Source of the DNA: a bacterium
GTDB taxonomy: Bacteria; Patescibacteriota; Minisyncoccia; Phycocordibacterales; UBA9973
NCBI GenBank assembly: GCA_037130655.1
Contig: JBAXSP010000005.1
Location: 1-40,007 of the forward strand
DNA: 40,007 nt
Reading direction: 5' to 3'
A program made the translations under genes and the position numbers. The notes below the pieces were generated by a model. It saw nothing but the letters and a program-made list of their open reading frames with translations. It did not search any database and had not been told where the DNA came from. Shown in pieces: positions 36,263 to 40,007 of the stretch. Position 1 is the stretch's first letter; each line of letters starts with the position of its first letter.

Positions 36263-36712
36263 ATGAAAAAAGAAAAAATTACTGGACCCTTATGGATCCG
36301 CACCGAAAACACCGAGGCCGAAAATTACTTGGTTGGTGTCCCTTTAAACAATCTCTTCACAATATTCTTTATGAGTAGTTCTGGAGAATTTCTGAATCCT
36401 GCTAACCCTCAAATTTGGCATGATTTCAAAAGATCAGCAGAGGGCACTGAGCGAGAAGTTTCTCAAGTACCGAACAACTTGTTTGATGATGTAATGGACC
36501 ATGCAATAAAATCTCAAATTGCTATCAAAAACAAATGGGATGTAAAAATCTTTGTTCTTACTGGAGAAATGATGCCTCCTAAACAAAAAGATCATACTGA
36601 AAAAACAGTTTCAATGTTGGAAAAAAATACAACAACTGAATCAGAAACTAGGACAACTTTCAGTATGTCAGAAGTGCCAGGTTTTCAAAAACTGTTAGAA
36701 AAAACTGCTTAA
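36263..36712 (+). CDS. Hypothetical protein
   Basis: 149-aa ORF with its own promoter and terminator; no motif recognised. Confidence 0.7.
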   Translation: MKKEKITGPLWIRTENTEAENYLVGVPLNNLFTIFFMSSSGEFLNPANPQIWHDFKRSAEGTEREVSQVPNNLFDDVMDHAIKSQIAIKNKWDVKIFVLTGEMMPPKQKDHTEKTVSMLEKNTTTESETRTTFSMSEVPGFQKLLEKTA

Positions 36713-36729
36713 AGATGTTCATGTTAAGC

Positions 36730-36757
36730 AAAAGCCAACTCTTACGAGTTGGCTTTT
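36730..36757. terminator. Bidirectional terminator
   Basis: AAAAGCCAACTC-TTAC-GAGTTGGCTTTT (GTAA loop on the minus strand). Confidence 0.85.
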
Positions 36758-36874
36758 TTATTTACATTTCTAAACAGGATGATATTTTCGATAGACTTTT
36801 CGCCAGAGCGGATACAACAAGAAAATGAATACACCAGCAAGAGCACTCCACGCGCCGAGCAAGAAGAAATAGAT

Positions 36875-36947
36875 CTTTAGTCGAAAAATTTTAACAACTT
36901 TGTTGCTAAAATTCTTTCAACACGAATTTTCTTTGCAGGAAAATTCG
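36875..36947. mobile_element. Approximately 70-nt double-hairpin insertion (insert 2)
   Basis: CGAATTTT/AAAATTCG stem plus an 18-19 bp stem with a C-AAA-G loop; shifts the frame by +1. Exact ends are uncertain. Confidence 0.5.
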
Positions 36948-36968
36948 CCAACACAATTCTTTGGCATA

Positions 36969-37075
36969 GAAATAAAAGCTTCAGTGATATAGAGCATCTA
37001 TGTACTGAACTTATATTTCGTCTTCGACTCGGACGATGTGAAAGTGATTACACTTTCACTCGCTCCTCGCTCGAC
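36969..37075. mobile_element. 107-nt double-hairpin insertion with 7-bp direct repeat (insert 1)
   Basis: GAAATAA at 36969-36975 and 37076-37082; stems TATTTCGTC/GACGAAATA, GTGAAAGTG/CACTTTCAC and TTCAGT/ACTGAA. Confidence 0.65.
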
Positions 37076-37358
37076 GAAATAATAATTCAATTTCCAATAG
37101 CACTGGACTTCGACTTTTCGATCGATGTTATATCGTTTTGATTCACGTTCGTGTAGTCGATCAGCAATCGAGGTGTGTCCGAATGTCAGAAAGACCGCAA
37201 GTACCCCAAGCCATTCCACCAGTCCTTTGTGTGAAATCAAGGCAATGGCAATCAACACTCCCCCGACAAAGACATATTCAATGACATATGTTTGCACACG
37301 AAAAGTCTTTTTGATTTTTAGTACTAGTTCAACCAAATTTCTTCCAAAACTTTTCATC

Positions 37359-40007
37359 TTATTTTTCAATACTTACTTTATAAACTTCGGTGTCAATTTT
37401 TATTTCATTACTTCCATCAGCAAAAATAACTTCACGGATTTGGACGGTCTTTTTTAGATCAGCTTCAAATTCTTCAACCAAGGTTTTTGCATTTTCTGAA
37501 ATTGTCAGATTGATTGTGTCTTCTGGAGTCAGTCCTGTTTCTTTTCGGAGGTCTTGCAATGCACGAACAAGTTCGCGATAGTTTCCTTCTCGTTTTAGTT
37601 CTGGGGTGATTTCTGTATCAAGAACAAATCCCTCACTATTTCCATATTCAACACCTTTAATATTCAATTCATCACAAATAATTTGAGTATATTCGTCTTT
37701 CAACTTTTGACTTTCAACTTTCAACTGATTGAGTGGTTGTCTTACTGGAATCCCGGTACTTTTTCTCAAAGCATTTCCTTGTGTACAAATATCACGAACT
37801 TTTTGCATTTCTTCCAAAACAGCTGTATCTACTTTTTGAATTTCCGGCCAACTTGTTAGATGCACAGAAATTTGATCATTTTCTGTTCGCAATTTCAACC
37901 ACAAATCTTCGGCACTAAATGGTGCAAACGGTGCAAGAATTTTTGCGAAGTTTTTGAGTACATAATACAACGTTTGTTTCGCCTCTTTGTCACCGTCTTT
38001 CAAACGATCACGAGAACGTCGCAAATACCACGTCGAAAGATCTCCAACGAAATCACGAATCTCACGCACTGGTTCGAAAGTTTTGTAATTATCTAGACCC
38101 TCTGTTGCTTTTTCTACCAAGAAATTAAATCTTGCAAGAATCCATTGATCTAAGACATTTGTAGGCACTAGGCTCTGGGCACTAGGCTCTAGCGAAACAT
38201 CTCTATATAGCTCATAGAATGAAAGAATATTGTATGTCAGCGTAAATACTTTTCCTTCCAATTCTTTCACCGTCTTCTCATCAAAGTTCTTACTATCCCC
38301 TGGTTGATTGACTGAGTACATCCATAAACGGAGCGTATCCACACCAAACTTATCCATTGCTTCCCACGGGTTCACAATGTTGCCGATAGACTTCGACATC
38401 TTCTTGCCTTCTGCATCGAGTAAGTGTCCGAGACAAATGACGTTCTTGTACGCCTTGCCTTTGCCCATCAATACGCCGATTGCATGAAGTGTATAGAACC
38501 AGCCACGAGTTTGATCAATCGCTTCTGAAATAAAGTCTGCTGGATAACTATGTGATTTGGTAAAGATTCCACCATCGATATCTTTTTTGTGTTCGAAAGG
38601 ATAATGATCTTGCGCAAATGGCATTGCACCACTATCAAACCACACGTCCATTACTTCTTTGATGCGATGAAATTCTTTGCCATCTTTTTCAAGAATTACT
38701 TCATCGATAAATGGTCGGTGTGGGTCGAGTTCATAATTTTCATTGTGCGGAACTGGAACGAAATCAATCGCTCGAACTTCGGCATTTTTCATATCATCAA
38801 AATGCGCATTATTTTCTTGTGCAATCAATGCATATGTCTCGTCTATCGAAAGCCCTGCCCCACCTGAACGAAGCATCCATGCTGGACCACCGTGTGTGAC
38901 GAACAAAATATTTTTGTCTTTATATGTTGTTTCGTATTCATACAACAATTCCATCACACGAAGTTTGATGTCGAGGTAAGATTCATCACCGTCATTTTTT
39001 GCATCAACATATTCTTTTGTTTTTGGAAATGCATCATGATACTCGCCCCATGTTTTTCCTTCGAATGAATAGACACCGAATTCTTTCAGTCGTTCATCAA
39101 AGATTGTTTGTTCATCAGAAAGACCGAGCACTTCTTTGACGATTTGTGCTGTTTCTCTCGTACGAACAAATGGCGAAATAACCATCATGTCGATTTTTTT
39201 ATCTTTCAAATCTTCCGCTGAAACACGAACTTGTTCTTTTCCATTATCAGTGAGGTGATGTGGATTGTCTGGATGTGTGCTCACTTGCCAGTGCAAATTA
39301 TGTTCGGCTTCTCCGTGACGCATTACGAAATACTTGTTACCAGATTTCTTCGTATATTTTTTGAGTGTTTCAAATGAATTGACGAACAATCGCTCACCAT
39401 CAGCAGACTGCCAAATCGGAAGTGGTGTCCCCCAATATCGTTCGCGAGAAATTGCCCAGTCTTTGATATTATCGAGCCATTCACCGAAACGTCCCTCACG
39501 AATGTGTGCAGGTTCCCAATTGATGTCTTCATTTTCTTTGACCAATTCATCATGCAGTTTTGACATTGCAATGTACCAAGAATCTCGCGCGTAATATAGA
39601 AGCGGAGTTTTACAACGCCAGCAGTGCGGATATGAGTGTTCGTATTTTTCTTTTTTGAACAAAAGTCCACGTCCTGCCAAATCTTTAATGATATCGATTG
39701 CAACTTGTTCGTCTTTCGCAAAACGAGTTTCAAGAAAATCTGTTCCTGCAATAAAATGCCCGGTGTCATCAACAGTGTGGAATTTTGGCAAATTATTTTT
39801 TGTCGCCACGTCGAAGTCTTCTGCTCCGTACATTGGCGCAATATGCACAATACCGGTTCCGTCAGTTGTAGTAACAAAATCTGCAGACACAACCTTGAAT
39901 GCATTCGGTAATTTTTCTTTTTGTTCACCAGAAATAGTGTTTAGAAGATATGGATACAATGGTTCGTATTCCATTCCAATCATTTCACTACCTTTGTGTT
40001 CTGCTAT
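37359..40007 (-). CDS. ileS: Isoleucine--tRNA ligase (type 2-like), 5'-partial, with an inserted histidine phosphatase domain
   Basis: GTGIVHIAP, YPHCWRC, WAISRERYWGTP, DVWFDSG, DQTRGWF and KMSKS motifs; frame stays open to the window end. Confidence 0.97.
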   Translation of the reverse strand: MAEHKGSEMIGMEYEPLYPYLLNTISGEQKEKLPNAFKVVSADFVTTTDGTGIVHIAPMYGAEDFDVATKNNLPKFHTVDDTGHFIAGTDFLETRFAKDEQVAIDIIKDLAGRGLLFKKEKYEHSYPHCWRCKTPLLYYARDSWYIAMSKLHDELVKENEDINWEPAHIREGRFGEWLDNIKDWAISRERYWGTPLPIWQSADGERLFVNSFETLKKYTKKSGNKYFVMRHGEAEHNLHWQVSTHPDNPHHLTDNGKEQVRVSAEDLKDKKIDMMVISPFVRTRETAQIVKEVLGLSDEQTIFDERLKEFGVYSFEGKTWGEYHDAFPKTKEYVDAKNDGDESYLDIKLRVMELLYEYETTYKDKNILFVTHGGPAWMLRSGGAGLSIDETYALIAQENNAHFDDMKNAEVRAIDFVPVPHNENYELDPHRPFIDEVILEKDGKEFHRIKEVMDVWFDSGAMPFAQDHYPFEHKKDIDGGIFTKSHSYPADFISEAIDQTRGWFYTLHAIGVLMGKGKAYKNVICLGHLLDAEGKKMSKSIGNIVNPWEAMDKFGVDTLRLWMYSVNQPGDSKNFDEKTVKELEGKVFTLTYNILSFYELYRDVSLEPSAQSLVPTNVLDQWILARFNFLVEKATEGLDNYKTFEPVREIRDFVGDLSTWYLRRSRDRLKDGDKEAKQTLYYVLKNFAKILAPFAPFSAEDLWLKLRTENDQISVHLTSWPEIQKVDTAVLEEMQKVRDICTQGNALRKSTGIPVRQPLNQLKVESQKLKDEYTQIICDELNIKGVEYGNSEGFVLDTEITPELKREGNYRELVRALQDLRKETGLTPEDTINLTISENAKTLVEEFEADLKKTVQIREVIFADGSNEIKIDTEVYKVSIEK
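37697..37726. repeat. Intragenic heptamer repeat in ileS
   Basis: CTTTCAA CTTTTGA CTTTCAA CTTTCAA, encoding LKVESQKLK on the minus strand. Confidence 0.75.
38162..38192. repeat. Intragenic heptamer repeat in ileS
   Basis: TAGGCAC TAGGCTC TGGGCAC TAGGCTC TAG, encoding SLEPSAQSLVP on the minus strand. Confidence 0.85.

Larger units (their letters stand above)
36770..37357 (-). pseudogene. Membrane-protein gene split into three coding segments by two structured insertions
   Basis: Segments 37357-37076 (MKSF...KLNYYF), 36968-36948 (YAKELCW) and 36874-36770 (IYFFLLGAWSALAGVFIFLLYPLWRKVYRKYHPV*) lie in three different frames. Confidence 0.7.

Noticed and set aside
37014-37035. Hammerhead ribozyme in insert 1 (GAGTC-GAA-GAC-GAAA on the minus strand)
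   Set aside because: The required CUGAnGA core is absent (CGTCCGA).
36875-37075. A single canonical group I or group II intron
   Set aside because: No recognisable P7/J8-7 core in the right order, no GUGYG start or domain V, and the middle 21 nt read as coding sequence.
36998-37369. 123-aa ORF as a complete gene
   Set aside because: Its last ~25 codons are the hairpin insert; the natural C-terminus continues downstream in other frames.
135-40007. Alternative genetic code (UGA=Gly) seen in some CPR lineages
   Set aside because: Conserved genes are full length under code 11, use GGN for Gly, and some end in TGA.

Overview
A 40-kb, AT-rich bacterial window, genetic code 11, with most genes on the minus strand. 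It most resembles a Patescibacteria/CPR (Parcubacteria-like) chromosome. That assignment is inferred from the missing rpmD/L30, a eukaryote/archaea-type GlyRS, Lys-rich r-protein tails and AT-rich starts without Shine-Dalgarno motifs. The backbone is the fusA-tuf-S10-spc ribosomal cluster (secY to fusA, 135-25704), followed by metG, an AI-2E permease, an M16 peptidase, glyQS, recO and a partial ileS. The r-protein cluster is cut into sub-operons with their own promoters and terminators, and accessory genes sit at the cuts: two large secreted proteins (rplE/rpsN), a helicase with novel C-terminal repeats plus a clusterless MutY (rplB/rpsS), and plsC plus pyrE (fusA/tuf). The most unusual signals are: (1) a membrane-protein gene after ileS that is split by two short, fully hairpin-folded insertions, one with a 7-bp direct repeat; (2) a family of perfect C-NNN-G triloop palindromes that always co-occur with heptamer tandem repeats, which also appear inside ileS; (3) a histidine-phosphatase domain inside IleRS; (4) two paralogous orphan genes sharing a duplicated promoter/leader. 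I found no tRNA, rRNA, CRISPR array, transposase or integrase. All calls come from reading motifs by eye; no database searches were run.
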